64,000 nucleotides of DNA, taken from an uncultured delta proteobacterium. Its GTDB lineage: Bacteria > Myxococcota > Myxococcia > Myxococcales > Anaeromyxobacteraceae. Where the stretch lies: positions 256,001 through 320,000 of the forward strand of contig CAWFDF010000003.1 in assembly GCA_963814585.1 (NCBI GenBank). Direction: 5' to 3'. The position numbers were made by a program, and so were the translations under genes. Below, in pieces: positions 33,432 through 44,046 of this stretch. How positions within the stretch are numbered: position 1 is the first letter of the stretch; each line of letters begins with the position of its first letter. The notes beneath the pieces were generated by a model that made no database searches, had not been told where the DNA came from, and was given only the letters and a program-made list of their open reading frames with translations.

Positions 33432-33455
33432 CCGGGCGCCAGTCATGGCGCCCGG
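33432..33455. terminator. Hairpin between the convergent DHFR-like and HNH genes
   Basis: CCGGGCGCCA-gtca-TGGCGCCCGG, a 10-bp stem with no U-tract. Confidence 0.45.
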
Positions 33456-33495
33456 GCCTCTGGCCAGCACCTCCAGCCCGCGCTGGAAGCGCGGC

Positions 33496-34797
33496 TCACC
33501 CCGAGTCGCGCGCTCCGTACTCCGCCACCGTCTCCCTCACGCCGCGGTACCGCGCCATGAACCGCTCGCCGAACGCCTGCCGCGCTGCGAGCCTGTTATG
33601 AGCGGCGCAGACGAGCCGAAGGTCGGCCTCCGTCTCGCCGCCCCACTTCGCCCAGGGGACGATGTGGTCGAGCTCCAGCCGGTGCGTCGAGCCACAGCAG
33701 CCGCCGCCGTCGAGCGGCCAGCTGCAGCGGCCGGCGTCGCGCTGCCAGACGGCGCGCTTCACAGCGGCCGGGATGGCTGCGCGGGGGGCGTCTCTGCGGT
33801 GAGGGGGCGGCTCGGTCAGGATCGGAAGGGCGGTCGTGTCCAAGGCGGAAATCGGCTGCGAGGAGGGCGCCTGCTGCGGGGCAGGCGTTGGCTGCGAGCT
33901 CTCGGTCGGGGACGCGGTGATGGTCCATCGCGGCCGCTTCACCAGCGCCCGCGCCCTCGCCTGCTTGTCGAGGAGCAGGTCGACCGCCGCGTCGATCACC
34001 TGGTCCAGCGTCGCGCCCGGGATGGCGTGGCCGAGGCCCGACCGGGCGGCCTCGAGCTTCTTGAGGAGCTGCCGCGAGACGGTGATGTGAAGCCGGCGCA
34101 AGTCGGCGGTGAGGGGTTCGGTCTCGTCACGCGGGGCCTGCGGCCTTCCGCCTCCCCCATTCGCAACTTCTGACGTCAGAAGTTGCGGAAGAGGGACCAC
34201 ATCCAGGTGCGCCTGATCTCTGGCGGCCAGGGAGAGTAGCGGCGGCCCGCCGAATGACTGCGGCACGACCGGCTCGGATCGCGATGGCGCCGCCGGCGCT
34301 TCCACTCTCGTCACGACCACCCTGGTCGCGGGGACCTGGCGCGGCTGGAGCTCGGCCACCAGCTCCTGCGCCTCGCGGGCCGAGAGGCCGAAGAAGCGCG
34401 GCGCCACCTGGGCATGGTTCTCCTCGGTGAGTACCTTGGCCAGCTCGGCGGTCGTGGAGAGACAGAGCCGGCCGTCGGCGAGCGGCTCGACGAGCTGGGG
34501 GAAGCGCTGGAGCAGGCGCGCGCCGTTCATCCGATGGAAGGCGGCGCTGTTGGAGAGCTTCAGCTCGACGTGGAGGAACGCGAAAAGGCTCGCATGCCCC
34601 AGCGGCTCCCAGCCGCGGTGGGCGTCAAACCGGGCCAGCGCGACCAGGAAGTCGGCCATCGCCGACCGCTCCGTGAACAGGAGCGACCTGAGTTCGTCGC
34701 GCAGCCGGCGTGCTTCCAGGAGCTCGAGGGGACGGCTGGCCGGAGCGTGAGCTTGCGCCGCGGCCGAGGAAGGGGTCGGGTGGGCGGTGGTCATCAT
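33496..34797 (-). CDS. HNH endonuclease with helical DUF222-like N-terminus
   Basis: C-term has AIPAAVKRAVWQRDAGRCSW..CCGSTHRLELDHIVP..GG....LRLVCAAHN. N-term has FLVALARFD..GHASLFAFLHVEL.LS...GRLCLS. Confidence 0.88.
   Translation of the reverse strand: MMTTAHPTPSSAAAQAHAPASRPLELLEARRLRDELRSLLFTERSAMADFLVALARFDAHRGWEPLGHASLFAFLHVELKLSNSAAFHRMNGARLLQRFPQLVEPLADGRLCLSTTAELAKVLTEENHAQVAPRFFGLSAREAQELVAELQPRQVPATRVVVTRVEAPAAPSRSEPVVPQSFGGPPLLSLAARDQAHLDVVPLPQLLTSEVANGGGGRPQAPRDETEPLTADLRRLHITVSRQLLKKLEAARSGLGHAIPGATLDQVIDAAVDLLLDKQARARALVKRPRWTITASPTESSQPTPAPQQAPSSQPISALDTTALPILTEPPPHRRDAPRAAIPAAVKRAVWQRDAGRCSWPLDGGGCCGSTHRLELDHIVPWAKWGGETEADLRLVCAAHNRLAARQAFGERFMARYRGVRETVAEYGARDSG
34162..34187. 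repeat. Perfect 26-bp palindrome inside the HNH gene
   Basis: CGCAACTTCTGAC|GTCAGAAGTTGCG. Confidence 0.95.
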
Positions 34798-35098
34798 TCA
34801 CGGAGCGTCTCACGCCGGTCTGACGTTCTCTGGGCGCACGGACCACCGTGGAACCCAGCAGGGACGCTACTTTCCTGGTAATGGGCGGCGCCGCTGTCCC
34901 TCGCCCGGGTAGGCTCCGCGCATGGTCGCCAGCGCGCAGGTCACTCCTCAGCCCCGCGCCCGGGGTCGCTTGGTCGATGGCTGGATGCGCGGCGAGGTCT
35001 ACGGCGACCTGAACCCGCAGGCCCAGGTCACCGGGCTGCATGCCGTCGGACTCGTGCGGCGGGTTGAAGATCCCGCTACTTGCCTGCGCAGGCCTTCT

Positions 35099-35224
35099 CC
35101 GGAGCTGTGCGAGCGGCTCCTCGACGGGGCCTCCCTCAAGAGCTGAGCGCACGCCCCGGCGTCCTTCGCGCCAGGGCGCGGTCGCACTTGCGAGAGGCTC
35201 CCGGGAGCGGCGGGGCCCCGCCGG
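35099..35224 (+). repeat. Right copy of the 126-bp direct repeat (duplicated ddl 3' end)
   Basis: Encodes PELCERLLDGASLKS*, the same as the ddl C-terminus, and continues into the same downstream sequence. Confidence 0.95.
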
Positions 35225-35425
35225 CCGGGTGCGAGTTTCGCAGCCTCAAGACGACCGCCCGGGCGGAATCGCACCTGGCGAGAAGGCGCGCCGCAGGCGC
35301 GGCGAGCGCCCCGGCCCGGCGGGACCTCGCCGCGACCAGGGGAGCCGATGCAGGTCACCGAGAGGCTCCCGGGAGCGGCGGCGCTCCGCCGCGACCACGG
35401 GAGCCGTCGTGGCCCCGGCAGCGAC
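35191..35425 (+). repeat. Second, diverged REP-like hairpin cluster
   Basis: Cores at 35191 and 35359. The stretch 35191-35348 is a colinear, diverged copy of 32132-32289. Confidence 0.85.
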
Positions 35426-35446
35426 CGAGGCCTCCGGTGGCCGCCG

Positions 35447-36268
35447 TCACTTCCCCGCGCAGGCCTTCTTCCCCGCCAGGGCGTGCTTCTCGGTGGGGTC
35501 GAGCTTGAGGGCCTGGTCGTACTGCTTCACGGCGGCGGCGCAGCCTCCGCGCGCGGCGTGGACGTCGCCGATGAGGGCGAAGGCCGACGCCAGGGGGGCC
35601 TTCTCCAGGGCCTTGCCGGCGCTGGCCAGGGCCTTGTCGTACTGCTTGATCTCGAGCTGGCGGCGGCCGAGGTTGACGTCGCGCCGGGCCACGTCGCGGA
35701 TGTCCTCGCCCGGCAAGGTCCCGCGGGCCGGGTTGAGGATGCCTTCCATCCCGGCGGCGTCGAGCTCCCCGAGCAGCACCTTGATGCGCCCCTTGACGAC
35801 GTCGCAGTAGTCGATCTGCCGGTACATCTCGATGGTGGAGAGCCTGAACGCGCCGTCGGCGATCGCGACCATGGGATGGAGCCGGATGCCCAGCGCCCCG
35901 TAGATCTTGTCGTCCTTGTCGACGAGCACCGGCATGGCGATCCCGGTGCGGGCCACCAGGTCCTGGACCTCGGCCGGGATCTCGGAGGAGGAGACCAGCC
36001 CGACCCAGTGGACCGGCTTGCCGGCCAGCGCCTTCTCGCAGGTCGCCAGCATCCTGAGCGCGTCGTAGGAGCGCTCCTGGCCGGTGCGGAAGAAGACCAG
36101 GATGTTGGCCCTGGCCTTGGCCGAGAGCAGGCGCGCCTTGCCTCCGGTGATGGTGGCCAGCTCGACGTCCTCGATCAGGGTGCCGGCCGCGGCGTGGGCA
36201 TCGGCGGCCAGCGGCGCGGCCAGGACCAGCGCGGTCGAGACCAGGGCGAGGCGGAGTGGAGCGTTCAT
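35447..36268 (-). CDS. Exported redoxin-like (TlpA-type fold, no CxxC) + TPR protein, paralog A
   Basis: Signal peptide, then AGTLIEDVELATITG, VFFRTGQERS and PVLVDKDDKIYGALGIRLHP. TPR-like C-term AFALIGDVH...YDQALKLDP. Confidence 0.7.
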   Translation of the reverse strand: MNAPLRLALVSTALVLAAPLAADAHAAAGTLIEDVELATITGGKARLLSAKARANILVFFRTGQERSYDALRMLATCEKALAGKPVHWVGLVSSSEIPAEVQDLVARTGIAMPVLVDKDDKIYGALGIRLHPMVAIADGAFRLSTIEMYRQIDYCDVVKGRIKVLLGELDAAGMEGILNPARGTLPGEDIRDVARRDVNLGRRQLEIKQYDKALASAGKALEKAPLASAFALIGDVHAARGGCAAAVKQYDQALKLDPTEKHALAGKKACAGK

Positions 36269-36324
36269 GGCACGGCGGATGTTCGCACCCCGAGGGACTG
36301 GATGGTGGACGAAGTGGGGGCCGG

Positions 36325-37149
36325 CTACTTCCCGGCGCAGGCCTTCCTGCCCGCCAGGGCGTGCGGTTCGGCGGGATCGACCTTCAGCGCCTGGTCGAAC
36401 TGCTTCACGGCGGCCCGGCAGTCTCCCCGGGCCACGGCGATCTCGCCGAGCAGCGCGAAGGCCCCGGCGCTCGGTGCGACCCCGAGCGCCCTGCTGGCGC
36501 TGGCGGCCGCCTTGTCGTACTGCCCGATCTGGAGCTGCTTGCGGCCCAGGTTGACGTCGCGGTTGGAGACGTCCCTGGCGTCGTCTCCCGGCATGGAGCC
36601 CCGTGGCGGGGCCTCGACCCGGTCGAGCGCGGCCTGGCCGATCTCGCCGAGCAGGAAGCGGATGTGCGCCGTCACCACCTCGCCGTAGTCGATCTGCCGG
36701 TACTGCTCGAAGTCGGCCACCCGGGCCCTGGCGTCCAGCAGGAAGACGACCGGGTGGAGCCGGACGCCGAGGTGGTCGTAGAGGGCGTCGCCGGTGTCGA
36801 GGACCAGCGGCATCCTCACCCCGGTGCTGCTGGCCAGGGCCCTGGCCTCCACGGGCGTGGTGTCGGCCGGGATCACCCCGATGAACCGGACCGGCTTGCC
36901 GGCCAGTTCCTTCTCGCAGCGGGCCATGGCCTTGAGGGCGTCGATGGAGCGGTCCTGCCCCGCCTTGACGAAGACCAGCACGCTCACCCTGGCGAGGGGA
37001 TCGAGGAGGCGCACCTTCTCCCCGCTCGCCGCGGACAGCTCCGCCTGGGCCACCTGCGTCCCGACCTCGGCGTGCGCGCCGGCCAGGAAGGGGGCCGCCG
37101 CCAGCCCGGTCACGGCGGCGAGGATCAGGAGCGCGAGGTGTCGACGCAT
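36325..37149 (-). CDS. Exported redoxin-like (no CxxC) + TPR protein, paralog B
   Basis: Colinear with paralog A: VFVKAGQDRS, LGVRLHP, YRQIDY, DVNLGR.QL and FDQALKVDP..ALAGRKACAGK. Confidence 0.7.
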   Translation of the reverse strand: MRRHLALLILAAVTGLAAAPFLAGAHAEVGTQVAQAELSAASGEKVRLLDPLARVSVLVFVKAGQDRSIDALKAMARCEKELAGKPVRFIGVIPADTTPVEARALASSTGVRMPLVLDTGDALYDHLGVRLHPVVFLLDARARVADFEQYRQIDYGEVVTAHIRFLLGEIGQAALDRVEAPPRGSMPGDDARDVSNRDVNLGRKQLQIGQYDKAAASASRALGVAPSAGAFALLGEIAVARGDCRAAVKQFDQALKVDPAEPHALAGRKACAGK

Positions 37150-37252
37150 GGGTGACCTCTCGGTGCGAGCCGGGCGGCCTGGCGGCGGAGGTCGCCGGCG
37201 GCGCTGGCCCCGCCCGTGGGCGCGAGGGAGGAGGCGGCCTCGACGCGCCGGC

Positions 37253-38344
37253 CTACCTCGGCGCGGGCCGGGTGGGCGTCTTGTTGTCGTACGACCTGGT
37301 GTCGTGGCAGGTCTTGGAGCACGATCCGCCGGTGGGCAGCCGCGTGTAGTTGATCTTCAGCACGAAGCCCTTGGTGCCGTAGGGCACGCCCTCGCGGATG
37401 TGGTGATCCTGCTTGGAGGCGTGGACCTCGTGGCAGGCGCGGCAGGTGCGGCCGCGCTCCTTGTGGACGTGCAGGTAGTGCAGGTTGCGGGAGCCGTCGC
37501 GGAAGCCGGTCAGCGTGGTGGTCTCCGGGACCGAGACCACCTTGTCGTTGTGGCAGCCGTAGCAGAGCGCGTACGCCTGCTTCTCGTAGGGGGCGTAGAA
37601 GGCCGGCGGGTACGGCGCCACCAGCAGCCGGAAGTTGCTGCCCCCGTGGGTGCGGTGACACGCCGAGCAGTCCTTGGCCTTGACCGGCTCGTGCCAGACC
37701 TTGTTGCTGGTGAGCCAGGCCTTGAAGTTGGTCATGGGCTTGCCATCGCCGTCCACCATGCCGTCCTTCGAGTGGCAGGTGACGCACAGGTCGAAGGGCA
37801 GCTGGATGAGCAGCTTCTCGATGTTGGCGGCGTGGGGGTTGTGGCAGTTGGAGCACTTCTCGCCGGTGGTGATGGCGTCATGCCGGACCTTGGCGTTGGC
37901 GATCTGCTCCTTGACGCCCTTGTGGCAGCCCGTGCACAGCTGGACCATCTCGCCGACCAGCAGCTTCCTCTCGGTGGCGTTGTGCGGGTTGTGGCAGTTG
38001 GTGCAGGCCTCCAGGGCCGGCCGGTGCTTGACCTTGCGGGCCAGGATCGCCTGGAACTCGTCGTGGCACTGGAAGCAGGTCTCGTTGACGCCCAGGCTCA
38101 GGGGGCCGGGGCTGGCGCGGTCGTTCCGGGCGTGGCAGATGCCGCAGTCGCCGGCCTCGTAGGGAGCGTGGGACCACCTGACGCTGGGTCCAGGTGGCAG
38201 GGGCGCCACCGCGACGCCCCGGCGGGCCGCCTTCCTGGTCACCTCGGTCTTGAGCGGCGCCGCGACGGCTGGGGCCGCCAGCGCCAGGGCCGGCAGCAGG
38301 AGGAGGCGGGAGGCGCGCGCGAGCCGCATCATCATCGGGTCCAT
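37253..38344 (-). CDS. Periplasmic multiheme (deca-heme) cytochrome c
   Basis: Signal peptide. Nine CxxCH motifs (CGICH, CFQCH, CTNCH, CTGCH, CSNCH, CVTCH, CSACH, CYGCH, CRACH) plus CSKTCH (CX3CH), with repeated CHNPH motifs. Confidence 0.93.
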   Translation of the reverse strand: MDPMMMRLARASRLLLLPALALAAPAVAAPLKTEVTRKAARRGVAVAPLPPGPSVRWSHAPYEAGDCGICHARNDRASPGPLSLGVNETCFQCHDEFQAILARKVKHRPALEACTNCHNPHNATERKLLVGEMVQLCTGCHKGVKEQIANAKVRHDAITTGEKCSNCHNPHAANIEKLLIQLPFDLCVTCHSKDGMVDGDGKPMTNFKAWLTSNKVWHEPVKAKDCSACHRTHGGSNFRLLVAPYPPAFYAPYEKQAYALCYGCHNDKVVSVPETTTLTGFRDGSRNLHYLHVHKERGRTCRACHEVHASKQDHHIREGVPYGTKGFVLKINYTRLPTGGSCSKTCHDTRSYDNKTPTRPAPR

Positions 38345-38354
38345 TCCCGCATCG

Positions 38355-38699
38355 CTAGAGAAGCAGCTTCGCCTTCGTCGAGTTGTGGGGGTTGTGGCAG
38401 CTGGTGCAGGCGCCCTTCCCGGTGGGGTGTGACCGGCCCTTCCCGATCCTCACCGGGGCCTTGCCGGCGAACTCGTCGTGGCAGTCCAGGCAGGTCTGGT
38501 CGCTCACCCGGGCCCGGCCGGGGTTCCCGGCATCCGCCCGCTCGTGGCAGGTGTCGCAGGCGCCCTGCTCGTAGGGACCATGGACCACCGTGGCCCGATC
38601 CCTGGGGAGCGGCGCGAGCCGGCTCTCGCCGGCCTCGCCGGGGACCGCCGCCAGCAGCAGGAGGGCCAGGACGGCGTGGTGGATGACGAGGAGGCGCAT
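38355..38699 (-). CDS. Small tri-heme cytochrome c
   Basis: Signal peptide; CDTCH, CLDCH and CTSCHNPH. Confidence 0.9.
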   Translation of the reverse strand: MRLLVIHHAVLALLLLAAVPGEAGESRLAPLPRDRATVVHGPYEQGACDTCHERADAGNPGRARVSDQTCLDCHDEFAGKAPVRIGKGRSHPTGKGACTSCHNPHNSTKAKLLL

Positions 38700-38941
38700 G
38701 CGGTGAGGCTCCGATTCGGATCGTTGGGTGAGACCCGGCCGCCTGTTGCCCTCTCCTCTTGGCCCGGCCGCGTCCGATGGTCAAGAAACGGGGCGGGCAC
38801 CGGCCCGCCACGCCAGGCCCGCACCGCGCCGGGCGGCGGCGAAAACTTTACAGGGTGGGGTTCTGCGGCAAGGTGAGCCACTGGGCGATAGCGCCCGGAA
38901 GCGGCCGGCAGCCCGGCCGCCCTCCGGGCCAGGAGCGGCGG

Positions 38942-39793
38942 GTGGCGCGGGGTCGAAACCGGCGAACGGTGGAGAGGAAGCCAGGCGAGACGGCCCGCCG
39001 TCTCCGCCGTGCCGTGGCGCTGCTGCTCCCCACCTTCGTCACCCTGGCCACCATCGGCGGCGCCGGCTGGGCCACCTGGGCCTGGGGCGTGCAAGGCGAC
39101 CTGCTCCGCATCCGCGAGGTCCGCTACCTCGGCCTCTCGCAGATCTCCGGATCCGCGCTGGCCGAGCTGTCCCCGGTGCGACCGGGCGACCACCTGCTCT
39201 TCTCCGACACCGAGGTGATGGCCAGGGCCCTGCGCCGGAACCCGTGGGTGGCCACGGTGGAGATCCACCGGCGGTTCCCTCCCGCGCTCGAGGTGGTGGT
39301 GACCGAGCGCCAGGCCGCGGCGCTGGTCGACCTCGGCGGCCTCTACCTGGTGGACACCAGGGGGCAGGTCTACAAGCGGGCCGCCGCCGGCGACGGGCTG
39401 GACCTGCCGGTGGTGACCGGCCTGGCCCGGGAGGCCTTCGAGGCGCGGCGCGACGAAGGCGCCGAGGAGCTGCGGCTGCGGAGCGCGCTCGGCCTGCTGG
39501 GGCGCTGGCGGGAGGTCGGGCTCGATCAGCGCGCCGCGGTCTCCGAGGTGCACCTCGATCCGGTGCTGGGGACCACGGTCTACGCGGGCGACGAGGGGAT
39601 GGAGATCCGGCTCGGGCAGGGCGACCTGCCGCGCAAGCTGGATCGGCTGGACCTGCTGCTGGCCCGCCTCGAGGCGGACGGCGTGCAGGGCGAGGTGATC
39701 CACCTCGACAACCGGCGCCACCCGGACTGGGTGGCGGTTCGGGTCAAGGGGCGGACGGGGATGGTGGATGGGCGGGGTCCGAGAGGGCCCTGA
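38942..39793 (+). CDS. ftsQ: Cell division protein FtsQ/DivIB
   Basis: GTG follows AGGAG. Basic N-term, TM segment, POTRA (NPWVATVEIHRRFPPALEVVVTER) and IHLDNR; precedes ftsA. Confidence 0.9.
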   Translation: MARGRNRRTVERKPGETARRLRRAVALLLPTFVTLATIGGAGWATWAWGVQGDLLRIREVRYLGLSQISGSALAELSPVRPGDHLLFSDTEVMARALRRNPWVATVEIHRRFPPALEVVVTERQAAALVDLGGLYLVDTRGQVYKRAAAGDGLDLPVVTGLAREAFEARRDEGAEELRLRSALGLLGRWREVGLDQRAAVSEVHLDPVLGTTVYAGDEGMEIRLGQGDLPRKLDRLDLLLARLEADGVQGEVIHLDNRRHPDWVAVRVKGRTGMVDGRGPRGP

Positions 39794-39844
39794 CGAAGCG
39801 CATCGGCGTGGGCGCGGCGCGCCTTCCGCCTGGAGGAGTCAGTC

Positions 39845-41074
<1,230 letters not shown>

Positions 41075-41092
41075 CCCGTGGGAGACCGGCAC

Positions 41093-42289
<1,197 letters not shown>

Positions 42290-42295
42290 CCGCCT

Positions 42296-42314
42296 GGCGC
42301 CGCCGGGCGGCGCC
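42296..42314. terminator. Short GC hairpin between convergent ftsZ and OMP genes
   Basis: GGCGCCGC-cgg-GCGGCGCC with no U-tract. Confidence 0.35.
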
Positions 42315-42875
42315 CTAGAAGTCGAAGCCGAGGCCGATCTTCAGGCCGGCCCAGCCCAGCTCGCCGCGCAGCGTGAGCGCGTCCCCGATCAGCAGCCGGC
42401 CACCGACGGCCAGCTCCGGGTACAGGCCCCCGTACTCGGTGTGGCCGTAGCCCGCCGGCCAGCCGGGCGAGTAGTCGTAGCTGGCGAAGGAGTACCCCAG
42501 CCCGGCCTTCGGGTAGACCGCCGCCTTGGGCGTGAGCCAGAAGTTCCAGATCACGCCGGCGTGCAGGTTGAACTCGGAGACGTCGTAGGAGTAGGGGCCC
42601 GAGTGGTAGGTGTTCCAGTAGCTCAGGTAGTCGAGGCCGAGGTCGAGATCGAGGCTGTCGTGCAGCTTGAAGCCGGGATCGTGGATCAGCCCCTGCGGCA
42701 CCAGCGGCAGCTGGAGCGAGACCCCGAGGCCGATGGAGCTGCTCCAGCCGAGGATGGCCCAGCCCACCGCCGACTTCGCGCTGGCCCCGCTGGCCGCCGG
42801 GGGCGGATCGGCCGCCAGGGCGGGGGACGCGGAGAGGAGGGCGGCGGCGACGGCCGCGGCGATGATTCGGCGCAT
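42315..42875 (-). CDS. Small outer-membrane beta-barrel protein (putative)
   Basis: Signal peptide MRRIIAAAVAAALL, alternating aromatic/Gly strands, and C-terminal GLKIGLGFDF (terminal Phe). Confidence 0.75.
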   Translation of the reverse strand: MRRIIAAAVAAALLSASPALAADPPPAASGASAKSAVGWAILGWSSSIGLGVSLQLPLVPQGLIHDPGFKLHDSLDLDLGLDYLSYWNTYHSGPYSYDVSEFNLHAGVIWNFWLTPKAAVYPKAGLGYSFASYDYSPGWPAGYGHTEYGGLYPELAVGGRLLIGDALTLRGELGWAGLKIGLGFDF

Positions 42876-43011
42876 GCGGTGGCTCCTGGCTGGGTTGGTG
42901 CCACTCCATACTCCGGATGGCCGCCGTCCTGCCACCGCCGCGCCCTCCCGGCCACCATGGCGCCGGGGGCCCGGCCCGATCGCGGCAGCGACCGGACCGC
43001 TCGTGCCGGCC

Positions 43012-44016
43012 TCAGCCGCGCGCCAGCCGGCTCCCCAGCAGCCGCAGCGAGCGGTCGTGGCGGTAGTTGATCCCGGTGTGGCCGTCCTCGAACTCCTCGT
43101 GGATCACGGCCACGCCGCCCTGGCGCAGCGCCTCGGCCACCTGGCGGGCGCCCCAGCGCAGGTGGAACTCGTCGCGGGTGCCGCAGTCGAGGAAGACCGT
43201 GGCCAGCCGCCGGTAGGCGTCGATCGAGCGGGGCACGAAGTGGACCGGGTCGTTCTCCAGCCAGCGCGCCCAGATCTCCGGGCGCATCCGTCCGCTGGGC
43301 AGCTCGAACGGCAGCGCGGCGCCGAGCGGAGCGGCCGGATCCGGCGAGTAGGCAGCGCTCATGGCGACGACGTTGAGCACCGGGTGGTCGGCCCCGTCGA
43401 GCCTCCGCTCCCGGGCCCGGCGCACCGCCGCCGCGTGCCAGGACGCCGCGTCCCCGGCGGCCAGCAGCGCCGCCGCGGCCCGGGGCAGGTCGGGGCCGTA
43501 GCACCAGTCGAAGCCGGCATCGCCGGCGTGGCAGGCCAGGTGGGCGAAGACCTCAGGCCGGTCGCGCCCCAACCGCAGCGCCCCGTAGCCGCCCGAGCTC
43601 TTGCCGACGACCGCGCGCGACTCGCGGCGCGGCCGGGTCGAGAGGGTCCGCTCCACGAACGACACCACGTCGTCGGCCACGTAGTCCTGGTACCGGCCGA
43701 GCGCCGGCGAGTTGGTCCACTGGCTGCCCCCCAGCGCCGTCCAGCCGTCGACGAAGACGCCCACCAGCGGCGGCACCTCGCCGGCCGAGACCAGCGCGTC
43801 GAGCCGCTCGGGCACGGTCGGGCTCCAGGGGGAGACGTTGAGCCAGCCCCGCCCGCTCCCGGTGAAGCCGTGGAGGAAGTAGACGGCGGGCAGCCCGGCG
43901 CCGTCCTCGCGGCCGGGGGGCAGGTAGGCGAAGAGGGGACGGCGGCTGGGATCGCCGAGCGCATTGCCGGCGAGGGCGGGGGCGTCGAGCTCGAGCTCGA
44001 GGAGGCGGCCGTTCAT
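43012..44016 (-). CDS. Alpha/beta-hydrolase, Fes/putative esterase family
   Basis: Motifs YLPPG, YFLHGFTG, GKSSGGYGA (nucleophile elbow), DCGTRDEF and EFEDGH. Confidence 0.85.
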   Translation of the reverse strand: MNGRLLELELDAPALAGNALGDPSRRPLFAYLPPGREDGAGLPAVYFLHGFTGSGRGWLNVSPWSPTVPERLDALVSAGEVPPLVGVFVDGWTALGGSQWTNSPALGRYQDYVADDVVSFVERTLSTRPRRESRAVVGKSSGGYGALRLGRDRPEVFAHLACHAGDAGFDWCYGPDLPRAAAALLAAGDAASWHAAAVRRARERRLDGADHPVLNVVAMSAAYSPDPAAPLGAALPFELPSGRMRPEIWARWLENDPVHFVPRSIDAYRRLATVFLDCGTRDEFHLRWGARQVAEALRQGGVAVIHEEFEDGHTGINYRHDRSLRLLGSRLARG

Positions 44017-44046
44017 GCGCCGCATGATGGCATGGGCCCCGCCGCC

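Noticed and set aside
33496..34797. IscB/Cas9-like RNA-guided nuclease
   Set aside because: No RuvC motifs or PLMP N-terminus were recognised; only a C-terminal HNH is present.
37253..38344. Naming the deca-heme protein MtrA/DmsE of a porin-cytochrome conduit
   Set aside because: The heme count fits, but no MtrB-type porin is adjacent. The small OMP at 42.3 kb is unlinked and too small.
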